DNA of 64,000 nt from an uncultured bacterium (lineage in GTDB: Bacteria; Zixibacteria; MSB-5A5; GN15; FEB-12): the NCBI GenBank assembly GCA_965372795.1, contig CBDVDR010000001.1, positions 96,001 through 160,000 on the forward strand, read 5' to 3'. Under the pieces are notes generated by a model. That model ran no database searches. It was not told where the DNA came from and worked only from the letters and a program-made list of their open reading frames with translations. The translations under genes were made by a program, and so were the position numbers. Of this stretch, positions 40,081 through 51,342 are shown piece by piece. How positions within the stretch are numbered: position 1 is the stretch's first letter; each line of letters opens with the position of its first letter.

Positions 40081-40518
40081 TTATCGCTGTGCTCCAAATA
40101 ATTTATCCAAAAAATAGTTCTCTCGTGTTTTCATAATTTTTTCATCTTTATTTTTCTTATGATCATAGCCAACTAAATGAAGCAAGCCGTGACAGAACAA
40201 TCTTAATAATTCTTCACTAACAGTACCATTATATGTACCGGCTTGTTTAATCGCAAATGGAACCGATATATATATTTCCCCAAAAGTTCCACCATCAACT
40301 GTGAGATCGTCAAGATTGAACGAAAGTACATCAGTTGCTGTATTCTTATTTCGATATTGGGAGTTTAGTTTTTTTATTCTCCTATTATCTGTAAAAATCA
40401 GATTAATAGTAGTTGTACTCGAAGGATCAGACTCTTCATCTGAAATCCATTCAAACAGCGAAGCCATTTTTTTTTGAGGTAAACGCACTTTTGTTTCATT
40501 GTGAACGTAAAGTTTCAT
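40081..40518 (-). CDS. ybeY: rRNA maturation endoribonuclease
   Basis: TDVLSF, HGLLHLVGYDH. Confidence 0.95.
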   Translation of the reverse strand: MKLYVHNETKVRLPQKKMASLFEWISDEESDPSSTTTINLIFTDNRRIKKLNSQYRNKNTATDVLSFNLDDLTVDGGTFGEIYISVPFAIKQAGTYNGTVSEELLRLFCHGLLHLVGYDHKKNKDEKIMKTRENYFLDKLFGAQR

Positions 40519-42758
40519 TATCTATCTTTGTTATCAGACCCTTCTTTTTTAGGATAAGCGACTCTGTGATGGAATGCGCCAATGAGAATTTGAGTAAAGG
40601 CTTCTTTTATCTTGGCCAAATCCCTAAGTGTCAGCGGACACTGATCAAGTTCTCCGGCTTTGAAACGATCATCAATAATTCGCTGAATTAAATTGTTGAT
40701 CCGTGCCGGTTTTGGATCCTCAAGCGTACGACTGGCGGCTTCCACAGCATCAGCCAGCATGGCAATTCCGGTTTCCCGCGTTTGAGGTTTTGGACCGGGA
40801 TAACGGAACTTATCTATTCCGGGATTCGTTGATTCCTCTTTAAGCGCCTTATTGTAAAAATAATCCATCACCATCGTACCATGATGCTCTTCAATAAAGT
40901 TCAAGACTTCATCCGGTATATCATGCATCTCGCCTAACATTCTTCCTTTTTTAACATGAGAGGAAAGAATTATTGATGACATTGTCGGGGTAAGCATCTC
41001 ATGTTTTGATTTAATCCCTAATTGATTTTCAACAAAGTATTCCGGAATTTCTATTTTACCAATGTCGTGATAGTAAGCCCCAACCCGTGACAACAAAGAA
41101 TTTCCGCCGATTTTTTTGGTGGCGGCTTCAGTTAGATTTCCAACTATGATTGAGTGATGATAAGTACCCGGTGCTTCTAACGCCAAACGCTTTAACAGAG
41201 GATGATTCATATCAGATAGTTCAAGAAGAGTAATGTCGGTTGTGATTCCAAAAAGAGATTCAAAAAATGGCAAAACGCCAATGACCAGAAAAGAAGACAC
41301 GACTCCATTGATAAGCCCATATTTAATCTCGGTCATAATTGAAGCAGCCGGCACCAGCATCAGGTTTTCAACAATTGCAATAAATAACACATAAGCCAAA
41401 GCTGTTAAGAAAATAATCCTGAAGAAATGAGCCCGTTTACGAACTTCCCGAGAACTGAAACAAGCAACCGTACCGACAAATATGGTCATCAGGGTTATTG
41501 AAAAATCAAATCGGTGCATAATACCCAGCAAAATCGCAAGAACAATCATTGATAACATGCCTATTTCGGCATCAAATAAAATTGTTAAAATTATAGCTAA
41601 AAATGCAACCGGGTATAAATAAGAAGAAAGATCCCAAAGATTAACCAAGTTGACCAAAAATAATTGTAATGCAAAAACCAGGAATATTGCAAACAACTTT
41701 GGATTTGATCTGAAAAGTTCCGGACGAAAATATAATAGGAAAAGATACAATAAGGTAAATGAAGCCAGGACTAAAAGTATCCGTGCTAAAACAGGAAGCA
41801 GTGGAACTATCCACCCTTGACTAGTAGCTTGAGAACGAAGGACATTAGCCATCTCTCGAAGAATCATCTCCTGCCGTTCATTAACTTTGGTTCCGGTTCT
41901 CACAATGATGTCACCACTATTGACGACTTCTTTGGTATTGGAAACAGAGGCCAACTCGATCCCAATCCGTTTATTATATTCAACCAGATTCAACTTTAGA
42001 TTGGGCTTTATAAATGACCTTCCGATTAGATAATAATATTCAACATCAATCGAATCTGTTAAATAAAGAGTATTTAAAGATTCCAAAAGTTTTTCATTCG
42101 CTGATGCCAGAATCAGCAACCGGCCCCGGGTATAAATATTTTCCCGCTCTTTAAATCTGACAACAACTGATTTATTTGGTGATTCGGGCAGCGTTTGACG
42201 ACCCTGCAAAACTCCGATTGAATAAATATCCTTATCAAATATTTTCATCAGACGCTCATAGACGCGTGGGAGGCTGTCATTAGTTAATGATTGCCTGATT
42301 GCAGATTCGCTTAAAAGAGGAAATGATTGAGATAGATGCCTTACCACAGCATCATTTATGTCGGTGCTTTTACTCCGGATAGAATCGATTGAATAAAAGA
42401 AATCAGAGAAAATTTGCATCACCCCATTAGTAAGAGCGGTGTCAAAATCCAAAATATACGGGACAGCCATTCTAATAAGTTCTTTTTCTTCACTCAGCTC
42501 TTTTTTAGATTTAAAAACAGTAATCTGAAAAGGCGCAATTATATCCTGAATAGCAATCTCATTGGTGCGGGGCATATCCAAAGGATCATACAAATTCTCA
42601 CCCGGATAAATTATCCCAATAAAAAACGATGTTATAACCAGCAGAAATATTTTTACAGAGCGCGACCGCAGTGTTTGAGAAGTGGACTGACGGCTTTCAC
42701 TTTGGACTTTTAATAATCGTTTTATTCGTCTTTTTAGCTTTAAAAGAAAAGAAAACAT
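40518..42758 (-). CDS. 7TM-HD phosphohydrolase (PgpH-like)
   Basis: Extracellular domain, ~7 TM, APGTYHHS, YYHDIGK, EHHGT, YPGPKP, ADAVEAA. Confidence 0.92.
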   Translation of the reverse strand: MFSFLLKLKRRIKRLLKVQSESRQSTSQTLRSRSVKIFLLVITSFFIGIIYPGENLYDPLDMPRTNEIAIQDIIAPFQITVFKSKKELSEEKELIRMAVPYILDFDTALTNGVMQIFSDFFYSIDSIRSKSTDINDAVVRHLSQSFPLLSESAIRQSLTNDSLPRVYERLMKIFDKDIYSIGVLQGRQTLPESPNKSVVVRFKERENIYTRGRLLILASANEKLLESLNTLYLTDSIDVEYYYLIGRSFIKPNLKLNLVEYNKRIGIELASVSNTKEVVNSGDIIVRTGTKVNERQEMILREMANVLRSQATSQGWIVPLLPVLARILLVLASFTLLYLFLLYFRPELFRSNPKLFAIFLVFALQLFLVNLVNLWDLSSYLYPVAFLAIILTILFDAEIGMLSMIVLAILLGIMHRFDFSITLMTIFVGTVACFSSREVRKRAHFFRIIFLTALAYVLFIAIVENLMLVPAASIMTEIKYGLINGVVSSFLVIGVLPFFESLFGITTDITLLELSDMNHPLLKRLALEAPGTYHHSIIVGNLTEAATKKIGGNSLLSRVGAYYHDIGKIEIPEYFVENQLGIKSKHEMLTPTMSSIILSSHVKKGRMLGEMHDIPDEVLNFIEEHHGTMVMDYFYNKALKEESTNPGIDKFRYPGPKPQTRETGIAMLADAVEAASRTLEDPKPARINNLIQRIIDDRFKAGELDQCPLTLRDLAKIKEAFTQILIGAFHHRVAYPKKEGSDNKDR

Positions 42759-42777
42759 ATGGCGATTTACCTATCAC

Positions 42778-43761
42778 CTACTCCTTTCGTTTTCCCCCGT
42801 AATATCGACCATACGCCTTGATAATATCCTGTACCAGGCGATGACGAACGACATCCTTTTCTGTCAGATAGATAAACTCTATCCCGGGAATTCCCTTTAA
42901 AATTTTCTGAACCTTGACCAGTCCAGATTTTCCTTTATCCTCCAAGTCAATTTGGGTGATATCTCCTGTTATCACTGCTTTTGACTTTTCACCTATTCGA
43001 GTCAGAAACATTTTCATCTGAGCATTAGTCGTATTCTGAGCTTCATCAAGAACCACAAAGGCATCATTAAGAGTGCGTCCTCGCATAAAAGCAAGGGGTG
43101 CAATCTCAATGATTCCATGCTCTAACATTTTTTTTGTTTTTTCAGGTTGAATCATATCGTACAAAGCATCATAAACCGGTCGTAAGTAAGGGTCAACTTT
43201 TGCTCTGATATCTCCGGGTAAAAACCCCAATGATTCGCCAGCTTCCACCGCCGGACGAGTAAATACGATTCGTTCAACTTTCTTAGCCAGAAGTTCGGCT
43301 ACTGCCATGGCTACCGCCAAATATGTTTTTCCGGTTCCAGCCGGACCGATTGAGAATACAATATCCCGTTTGCTGACAGCTTCTACGTATTTAGTCTGAC
43401 CAATAGTTTTGGGCTTGATAGATTTTTTTAAGGCGTTGGTAAGAAGAGCCTCGGTTGAAATTTCATCAGCCGGTCCCCGACCATCTTCCTTAACCATATT
43501 AATAGCATAATTCAAATATTGTTCTGTTATAATGTCACCTTGCTTAATCCGTGTTACCAGATCATTAAGCAGCCTTGAAACCTGTTCGATATCTTTAGGC
43601 GGTCCTTCAATAGTAATTTTGTCACCCCGGGCAATTATGGTGCAATAAAAATTAGATTCAATAAGCCTTAGAAAAACATCATTCTGCCCGTAAAGAATCC
43701 GTTGATCGATTCCTTCCAGAGTAAAAGTGCGGCTGCCTTTTTCATCAACATTATAATTCAT
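42778..43761 (-). CDS. phoH: PhoH-family ATPase (YbeZ-like)
   Basis: GPAGTGKT, RPAVEAGE.LGFLPG, FMRGRT, DEAQN. Confidence 0.95.
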   Translation of the reverse strand: MNYNVDEKGSRTFTLEGIDQRILYGQNDVFLRLIESNFYCTIIARGDKITIEGPPKDIEQVSRLLNDLVTRIKQGDIITEQYLNYAINMVKEDGRGPADEISTEALLTNALKKSIKPKTIGQTKYVEAVSKRDIVFSIGPAGTGKTYLAVAMAVAELLAKKVERIVFTRPAVEAGESLGFLPGDIRAKVDPYLRPVYDALYDMIQPEKTKKMLEHGIIEIAPLAFMRGRTLNDAFVVLDEAQNTTNAQMKMFLTRIGEKSKAVITGDITQIDLEDKGKSGLVKVQKILKGIPGIEFIYLTEKDVVRHRLVQDIIKAYGRYYGGKRKE

Positions 43762-43766
43762 TATTT

Positions 43767-45596
43767 CTATTCTTTTTTTGCTTCCTGTAATGATAAGCCT
43801 AACTCATTCAACTGATCACTATCAATCTCCGATGGTGATCCATCCATCAATGAAATTGCATTAGCTGTTTTCGGGAATGCTATAACATCCCGAATCGAAT
43901 CAGTTCCGGTCATAAGCGTGACCAGGCGATCCAATCCAGCTGCAATTCCGGCATGAGGCGGTGCGCCATATTCGAGGGCTCTTAACAAAAAGCCGAACAT
44001 TCGATCAGCACGGGCATCATCTATCCCCAAAATATTCAAAACCTTTTTTTGAAGTTCACTGCTGTTGATTCGCTGTCCTCCTGATGCTATTTCCCAGCCA
44101 TTGATTACCAGATCATACTGTGAAGCATGAGCTTTCCGCCACGGGTGATTAATATCCGTATGCGGTATCGTGGAATTGAGTCCTTCATCAATCATATGTA
44201 ATTCGCTTTCAAGCGGATGAGAAACGATATTATGCATAGCGCTGAAACTATCAGTTTCACTGTCATAATCAAACAGCGGAAATTCAGTTACCCAAATCAG
44301 GTTCCATTTATTAGTATCGATCAACTCATGTTTCCGTCCAAGATGTATACGAAGCTGACCTAAAATTGATTCTGTTTTATTCTTAGCATCAGAGATAATA
44401 AAAACAGCGTCTCCTTTTTCTACGGCAGCTGTTTCAATAATCTTTGCCATGACGGTATCGCCTATAAATTTCTTTATCGGCGACTTGTCTTCTGTCTCAG
44501 TTCTAAGGATATACGCCAATCCGCCGGCTCCGTGCTCTTTAGCAATAGCAGTCAGTTCATCGACATGTTTTCGAGAATACGATCCCCCGCCTTTGAGGGT
44601 CAGGCATTTTACTACTCCGCCTTTTTTAACATTGTCAGCAAATACTTTGAATTCACAATCAGAAACAATATCAGTGAGATCGACAATTTCCATATCAAAA
44701 CGTAAATCCGGTTTGTCAATTCCCCACCTGTTCATCACTTCATCATAGGTGTATCTTGGAAATGGGGTTTCAATATCAACATCCAGATTTTCTTTGTAAA
44801 CATGTTTCATTAATTTTTCCATAATTTCAAAAACATCTTCCGGAGTTGCAAACGACATCTCAAGATCAATTTGGGTATGCTCCGGTTGACGATCAGCCCG
44901 AAGGTCCTCATCCCGAAGACATCTTGCAATTTGGAAATATTTATCAAAACCGGCAACCATCAATATTTGTTTAAACAACTGGGGTGATTGCGGAAGAGCA
45001 TAAAATTTCCCCCAATGGACCCGGCTCGGAACCACATAATCACGGGCACCCTCAGGAGTAGATTTAATTAAAAGAGGTGTTTCAATCTCATAGAAATCCT
45101 GCCCGCTTAAATAATTTCTAACCGAAAGAGCTATTTCATGACGCTTTTTTATTCTTTCCTGCAATGGTTTTCTTCGCAAATCCAGAAAACGATATTCCAA
45201 CTTGAGCACATCCTTGGCATTGGATTCATCTTTAATTTCAAACGGAGGAGTTTTCGATTCAGCCAGAATATAAAATTCTTCAGAAACAATTTCTATCTCA
45301 CCGGTCGCCATATTTTTATTGATGGTGCCATCAGGGCGCGGGGAAACTTTACCTTTTACCGCGACAACAAATTCATGACGGGCACGATTTGCTTCGTTTA
45401 ACATATCTTTATCAAAAGTTTCAGGATTTACAACAATTTGAGTTATTCCATAACGATCTCTTAAATCAAGAAATAATAAGCCACCCAGATTTCTATATCC
45501 ATCAACCCAACCATTTAGACAGACCTTTTTACCATTTTGAGAAATTGTTAATTCACCGCAATTATGACTTCTTTTCAGTTCAGAATAAGGTTTCAC
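43767..45596 (-). CDS. aspS: Aspartate-tRNA ligase
   Basis: STPEGARD, LPQSPQ, RDEDLRADRQPE, GAPPHAG, FPK; start GTG 45596 after GAGGAG. Confidence 0.97.
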   Translation of the reverse strand: MKPYSELKRSHNCGELTISQNGKKVCLNGWVDGYRNLGGLLFLDLRDRYGITQIVVNPETFDKDMLNEANRARHEFVVAVKGKVSPRPDGTINKNMATGEIEIVSEEFYILAESKTPPFEIKDESNAKDVLKLEYRFLDLRRKPLQERIKKRHEIALSVRNYLSGQDFYEIETPLLIKSTPEGARDYVVPSRVHWGKFYALPQSPQLFKQILMVAGFDKYFQIARCLRDEDLRADRQPEHTQIDLEMSFATPEDVFEIMEKLMKHVYKENLDVDIETPFPRYTYDEVMNRWGIDKPDLRFDMEIVDLTDIVSDCEFKVFADNVKKGGVVKCLTLKGGGSYSRKHVDELTAIAKEHGAGGLAYILRTETEDKSPIKKFIGDTVMAKIIETAAVEKGDAVFIISDAKNKTESILGQLRIHLGRKHELIDTNKWNLIWVTEFPLFDYDSETDSFSAMHNIVSHPLESELHMIDEGLNSTIPHTDINHPWRKAHASQYDLVINGWEIASGGQRINSSELQKKVLNILGIDDARADRMFGFLLRALEYGAPPHAGIAAGLDRLVTLMTGTDSIRDVIAFPKTANAISLMDGSPSEIDSDQLNELGLSLQEAKKE

Positions 45597-45885
45597 GTAT
45601 CTCCTCGCTAACTGTTTGTTATCTATATAATTATCGGCAGAATAAGCCTGCCGGTAAACCAAAAATATTGATTGGTTATCAATTTAATATTACCCCAAAA
45701 TAATTGATATGTCAAGTAAGCTAATTCAGGACTCATGTTGTCCTATTAAATCGATTTTTTGAGGTCTGATTGTATTTTATTTTCTATCCTAAATCATCAA
45801 TTATTTACTCTCTGTTTAAATATTTTCTATTTAGTGCATGTGATGTGACTGGGTATTTACGACGATCATGAAACTCGCCAAGCCG

Positions 45886-45913
45886 TTGACATTAGTAGAA
45901 ATTCGTGTATACT
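45886..45913 (+). promoter_or_regulatory. Sigma70-type promoter
   Basis: TTGACA-16 nt-TATACT upstream of PTS IIA gene. Confidence 0.6.
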
Positions 45914-45946
45914 GACTAAATTAACTGAATTAGGATACCGATAGTA

Positions 45947-46450
45947 ATGAGTATGAATCTGGCCCGATATTTAAATGAAGATGTGATAAAGCTTGAAATG
46001 AGCAGTATCGTTGAGCCATTAGAGGATGGCGCCTCAGTCGTTCGCTGGCGTCAAAATGGCAAGGAAATAATATTGGATGAGCTTGTGACATTGATTGAAA
46101 ACGGTTACAGAATTGGCAACCGCACAAAATTTCTAACCGATTTTATCAATCGTGAAAAAAAAGCTACAACCGGAATCGGTTACGGTATTGCAATCCCTCA
46201 TATTCGCTCCATGCAGGCAAAAAATTTCATGCTTGGTTTTGCCCGTTCATCTTCAGGCTATGATTTCGACTCGCTTGACGGTGAAAAATCTCATCTATTT
46301 TTTATTATGGCTGCCCCGCCTTATGAGGATAATCTTTATTTAAAAGCCTTTAAAGCTCTATCTCAAATTGTGCAGTATGAATCGGTTCGGGATGAATTAT
46401 TGTCGGTTAAATCCCCCGGAGAGGTTATCAGAATACTAAGATCATTCTAA
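45947..46450 (+). CDS. PTS EIIA (Fru/Ntr type)
   Basis: REKKATTGIGYGIAIPH. Confidence 0.9.
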   Translation: MSMNLARYLNEDVIKLEMSSIVEPLEDGASVVRWRQNGKEIILDELVTLIENGYRIGNRTKFLTDFINREKKATTGIGYGIAIPHIRSMQAKNFMLGFARSSSGYDFDSLDGEKSHLFFIMAAPPYEDNLYLKAFKALSQIVQYESVRDELLSVKSPGEVIRILRSF

Positions 46451-46466
46451 GTTAAGTTATAGATAC

Positions 46467-46501
46467 AAAAAAAAGGCGAGGATTATTCCCCGCCTTTTTT
46501 T
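46467..46501. terminator. Bidirectional terminator
   Basis: A8-GGCG..CGCC-T7 between convergent genes. Confidence 0.8.
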
Positions 46502-46516
46502 ATTGAGATATTTTAA

Positions 46517-49500
46517 TTAAGGACAGGCTGGCAGAAGCGGACCTCCGCCGAATAAATAATCAACGAAATAAGTAATATCAGATATTCCGATCTCTTCCAA
46601 TTCATCACCATTAAAATTAGCTTCTTCAATGCAGACCGGTTCCTGACCCATGTTAAACAAGTAATCTACCATAAAGGTTAAATCAGAAATATTCGCATCG
46701 TCATCAATATCATTATTAGCATTGCCCCGATCTCCAAGACAACATCCAGATGATGGTGTAAAGAAGGATAAAGTATTTGAAGACCAAACCTCGGCACTGC
46801 TTTGATCGACAGCTTTTACTTTCCAGAAAATTTGCAGGTCAGGATTCAACGGTGATCCAAAAGTATAAGTCGTATCGGGTAACAATAAATATTCTTCATA
46901 AGAATTAAAAAATTCATCTTCAGAAATCCAAACTGTATATAGAATAAAATCAGAAGGATCATTATCACTTGAAGAATTCCATGTCAAAACCGGAAACTCG
47001 GTCTCAACAGTAGACTCATTCAATGGTGAAACCAGTGCAAATCCGCTCGGAAGTTGATTGACTGCATTTATAAAGAAAATTCGATTCTCAGAATATTCAG
47101 AATATTCATAACCATCATAAACTCTGACTCTCCAAAAATATTGCGCATCTTCGGTTAAAGTCTGATCGACTACCCACGATGTATTTGTCGGTCCTTTTGT
47201 AATTCCAACAGCAGAGGCGACCAGAGTAACCATGCCGGCATCAGAATAAACTTCGAACTCATAGGTCACATCATCTCCATCAGGATCATTTATATTTTCA
47301 GCTCTCAAAGTCGGAGTGTCAAACTCGACCAATTCATTTTGATCCGGTGCAAGAAGTTCACCAATCTCAGGTGGAACATTCATATGGAAACTCTGTGAGT
47401 TCCAGTCTGACCAGGTGACACCGTTGAAGACTCTTACCTGAAAAACATAATCAGCCCCATCCATTAACGGGGTACCGGAATACACAATACTGGTGTCATT
47501 TCCGGCAATTAGTCCTGAAGACCAATAATTATCACTATTACTGCAAAGCGACCCGGTGCCCACTTTGACCTCATATTGTGTAATTGAATTTATAGTCGTG
47601 TCCAAAATCGCCCATGAAAATTCAGGCGTATGATTAATAACATTTAAGTTTGAAACCTCATCTTTGAGATCAATCGCGGTAATCGCAGGATTTAACGACT
47701 CAACACTGTTATTAAAGAAATTCATCACTCTACCAAAAAACTCAGGACGTGTGATCTTATTCTGAAAAGCATATTCACTGGAAATTGCTTCAAATCCAAA
47801 ACTCATCAAAAACAGTTTATAGGTCCCCGTATAACTTAATCCGGTAACCCCGCCTGCTGCGATATTAAAATCTGCAATCGAACCATTAATTGTTGTCATC
47901 GACTGCATCTCAGTTTGATTTTGAGCGGCATCAAAAAGGATAGTAGCACCATCGCCAATCGGTGATCCGGGCAGACCATTATGAACCGGAGAAAATACCG
48001 TTGAGTTGTATTCAGCTTTCAAATAATTATTTAAAAAGGTCGGATCAGAGGAATTGAGCTGACTAATAAAAGATTGACCCGTCATGAACAGGTTGCCGCT
48101 ATTATCAAGAAATAGCTCAAGAGCAGTTATATCGGAAGCTGAAATCATATTAGGTCGTTCATCACCGACAAACCAGATGACCGTTTCATAATTATTTAAA
48201 TCTATGCCGCTTGGAGAACCGGAAACTGATTTATCCCATAAATCAAACGGCAGACTTTGGTTGTATAGTTCAGTTGTATAATAATTTTCATAACTGCCGC
48301 CGTTGTCATCATCAACCAATAAAATTTGTGGGACACCGATATTTAAGGCTAGACTAAAAGTATCAACTGCAATCGGATTATCTGAAGTTACGACAAGGAA
48401 AAAAGAATCAATGCAAGGTTCAAAATCAACAGGTATTGTAAAAACAATCGGATTGACTGATGAGCTATTCCCACTACTGCCGCCTTCAGCAGAAATTGTA
48501 CCGATATTCACCGAAGGTATATCAAAATTTATCGACAAATTATCTGCAAACATAGCACCGACAACATTAGTTACTTCTGCCCATTGATTAGTTAAAACAA
48601 ATTCAAATGTAATCGATTCACCCGGTTCGGCATTATCATCGCCGTTACCTAACTCTGAATCAGAAAACGACCAGTATTGTAAATTTAATTTTGGTCGGGA
48701 ATAATTAATATCAAAATTAGCATACATAAGAGTATCAGGTAGAGAAATATCCCAGACCGCAGTCTTGGTTTGATTATTTATATAATTTTGGGTGTTCGGA
48801 TTTGTTAAATCATCAAAATGGTCTTTACCGTTATAGGGCCACACATCTCCGGAGTTACCGCTGGAAGTGCCATACTCAAGTTCAAAAAGCCCATCAGCTT
48901 GTTCAATAGCTACCAGCTTGCGCCATTCATTCGAATTACCCCATTGAGTTTCATCAATGTGCATTATCTGGAGTCCCGAGGTAGGAATGCCTTTATCATT
49001 TCCACCCTTCATTCTATTCTCAATAATAAAATACTCTGGACCATAAATGCCATCTTTCCAAAGAGCATAAGCAACCGGATTATAAAGAGAAGTTGGAATT
49101 TCGACATCAATCATATTGGAAGTCACTTCGGTTAGAGTTATAAATCCAAGCTCTTTTTTGCACCAGGCATCCATAAACGACGGATAGGTCCCGCCATAAT
49201 TCCAACTGCCGCCAGCCATTAGCGACCAGTCACCAATTCCTGATGAGGAATAATCGGTATCATACAGATCCGGAAGTCCAATAAAATGACCATATTCATG
49301 TGCATAAACGCCCATTGTCGTAAAACCACCACCACTTGATTCTTCAGGTTCAGAGGTATACGAACTAATATTCACTCCATCAAGATATAAATTATTATAC
49401 ATGCCCCAGGCATGTGACCAGATTTGATTATCACTGCCGGTAGATTCAGCTCCCGGGCCGGCATGGACGATAAAGACACCATCAACATAACCGTTGTTGT

Positions 49501-50143
49501 CCCCATCAAACTGAGAAAAATCTACATCCGGGTTGGCAAGCATAACAGCATCCTCTGCCATCTTTTGAGCATTTCGAGGATAATTACCAAAACCGTTCTG
49601 TCCATCGACATAATACTCATAGGTTTGAGGTAAGCGATACCAGCCGGCGACAACTCCTTTGATGAAAAATCCATCATAGGAATTATCCATATAAAATTCT
49701 GTCATTGAGTAAGTATTATCAAACTCACTGGTAGAAAATAATAGTCGTTCAAAATCAGATTTTGTTGCTGAAAAGTTTGCCGTTGAAGGGTTCGTTGAAA
49801 AATCAGCCAATATTACAAGCACAGAAAAAGTGTCTGTCACTCCCGCTGTCAAACTAAAAGGCTGGTCCAAAGATGCTTTGTTGGCGGAAATACTTGGGTT
49901 GGGTTTATCCAATCCTCGTGATCGGGCATCTCTTATACGATCAGAAATCTCCTGAAGCTTACCGGACTCTCTTAATTGTTCAATAATATCCGGACTTGCA
50001 GATACAGCATAACTCGTTGAATAAGAGAAGATTACAAATAGCATTGTAATGAGTGAACATAAAAAAACGTGAGGGTTTTTACGAACTACAAAATTGGTTG
50101 TCAATTTACTCTCCTTTTGGTGTAAAAAAGTAGACAACACCAA
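46517..50143 (-). CDS. Secreted M6 (immune inhibitor A-like) metalloprotease with Ig/FN3-like domains and C-terminal dockerin-like module
   Basis: HAGPGAE, HEYGHFIGLPDLYD, WSLMAGGSW; CCLGDRGN...ISDLTFMVDYLF; start uncertain. Confidence 0.9.
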   Translation of the reverse strand: MVLSTFLHQKESKLTTNFVVRKNPHVFLCSLITMLFVIFSYSTSYAVSASPDIIEQLRESGKLQEISDRIRDARSRGLDKPNPSISANKASLDQPFSLTAGVTDTFSVLVILADFSTNPSTANFSATKSDFERLLFSTSEFDNTYSMTEFYMDNSYDGFFIKGVVAGWYRLPQTYEYYVDGQNGFGNYPRNAQKMAEDAVMLANPDVDFSQFDGDNNGYVDGVFIVHAGPGAESTGSDNQIWSHAWGMYNNLYLDGVNISSYTSEPEESSGGGFTTMGVYAHEYGHFIGLPDLYDTDYSSSGIGDWSLMAGGSWNYGGTYPSFMDAWCKKELGFITLTEVTSNMIDVEIPTSLYNPVAYALWKDGIYGPEYFIIENRMKGGNDKGIPTSGLQIMHIDETQWGNSNEWRKLVAIEQADGLFELEYGTSSGNSGDVWPYNGKDHFDDLTNPNTQNYINNQTKTAVWDISLPDTLMYANFDINYSRPKLNLQYWSFSDSELGNGDDNAEPGESITFEFVLTNQWAEVTNVVGAMFADNLSINFDIPSVNIGTISAEGGSSGNSSSVNPIVFTIPVDFEPCIDSFFLVVTSDNPIAVDTFSLALNIGVPQILLVDDDNGGSYENYYTTELYNQSLPFDLWDKSVSGSPSGIDLNNYETVIWFVGDERPNMISASDITALELFLDNSGNLFMTGQSFISQLNSSDPTFLNNYLKAEYNSTVFSPVHNGLPGSPIGDGATILFDAAQNQTEMQSMTTINGSIADFNIAAGGVTGLSYTGTYKLFLMSFGFEAISSEYAFQNKITRPEFFGRVMNFFNNSVESLNPAITAIDLKDEVSNLNVINHTPEFSWAILDTTINSITQYEVKVGTGSLCSNSDNYWSSGLIAGNDTSIVYSGTPLMDGADYVFQVRVFNGVTWSDWNSQSFHMNVPPEIGELLAPDQNELVEFDTPTLRAENINDPDGDDVTYEFEVYSDAGMVTLVASAVGITKGPTNTSWVVDQTLTEDAQYFWRVRVYDGYEYSEYSENRIFFINAVNQLPSGFALVSPLNESTVETEFPVLTWNSSSDNDPSDFILYTVWISEDEFFNSYEEYLLLPDTTYTFGSPLNPDLQIFWKVKAVDQSSAEVWSSNTLSFFTPSSGCCLGDRGNANNDIDDDANISDLTFMVDYLFNMGQEPVCIEEANFNGDELEEIGISDITYFVDYLFGGGPLLPACP

Positions 50144-50307
50144 AATATATCAATTTACACATTTGTCAATTATATAATCTATAACAATAGATATCGCAAA
50201 ATGTGCCTCAGAACTTGATTAACTTTTTTAAATAAATATATCCATTCAACTACGAAGCTTTGCTTTATTGAATACTTTATAGATCAACATATCTTATTAT
50301 AAACCAT

Positions 50308-50456
50308 CTACGCTTTTTCTGTCAGATAAACACCTAATAGAAGCAACATCCCCCCATGGCGGCTTTTAGACCAAACTGTTCGCCCAAATATGGAACGGCA
50401 AGGCTCGTTGTTGCCAACGGTTCGATACCAGCAACCTGACCGAGATCATACATCAT
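50308..50456 (-). pseudogene. C-terminal remnant of a second EamA/DMT transporter
   Basis: IEPLATTSLAVPYLGEQFGLKAA then frameshift at G6 to GGMLLLLGVYLTEKA*, aligning with the adjacent EamA C-terminus. Confidence 0.7.
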
Positions 50457-51342
50457 GTTCCTCAACTTTTATTTTACCAAATTTCTCTGAGACATAGACT
50501 CCCGCGATGATCAACGCCGCACCAAGTATCAGCCAAATTGTCAACGATTCATCAAGAATAATCCAGGCTCCAATCATTGTAATAAGAGGTTCGATATAAA
50601 GATAAACTCCCACCTCGGCTGCTGTTTGTCGTTTTAATCCCTCAGACCATAACCAGAAGGCTATTGCCAAACAGAAAATACCCAAAAACAAAAGTGATAC
50701 GGTAGTGTTGGTTTGCAAATTTAAAAATTTCTCATATCCGGAAGTATAAAAAGTATAAGGTACAAAAATCAACCCGGCCACAGCCGTCATATAAAATGTT
50801 GCTACCAATGGATGGACTCGGGAGGTTATCTCACGGGTACCTATTGTATAAAATGCCCAGGTAACACATGAGCCCAAAATAATTACATCACCCCTTGAGT
50901 TGATCCAGGCAAGATTACTGGCATCCCCATTATAGGTTAATCCAAACACCCCGACACAAGCCAACCCTAAACCAAGCCATTGAGGAATTGTAAATTTTTC
51001 TTTGAGATATACCCACCCCAATATTGCTATAAAAATTGGAGCAGTGGTCAAAATCAAGGCAGTGTTTGAGGCCGAAGTTTCCTGCATCCCGGTTGCCATC
51101 ACCCAAAAGTGTAAAAACACCATAAAGGATGCAAATAACAGCTTCCCCTTCATTTCAAGAGGCCAAAGGCGAAGCCCTTTTAATTTTATTATTAAAAATA
51201 GTACCGGGGCAGCAAGTAGAAAACGCATCGAGACCATCTCTACCGGACTAAGTTCAGTCAGAACAACTTTTATTGCAATAAATGACAGTCCCCAAAAGAG
51301 AACCGGTAAAATCAAAAATGAAGATGCACGATTCACAGGCAA
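50446..51342 (-). CDS. EamA/DMT family transporter
   Basis: FWGLSFIAIK, two EamA halves, YLYIEP. Confidence 0.92.
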   Translation of the reverse strand: MPVNRASSFLILPVLFWGLSFIAIKVVLTELSPVEMVSMRFLLAAPVLFLIIKLKGLRLWPLEMKGKLLFASFMVFLHFWVMATGMQETSASNTALILTTAPIFIAILGWVYLKEKFTIPQWLGLGLACVGVFGLTYNGDASNLAWINSRGDVIILGSCVTWAFYTIGTREITSRVHPLVATFYMTAVAGLIFVPYTFYTSGYEKFLNLQTNTTVSLLFLGIFCLAIAFWLWSEGLKRQTAAEVGVYLYIEPLITMIGAWIILDESLTIWLILGAALIIAGVYVSEKFGKIKVEEHDV

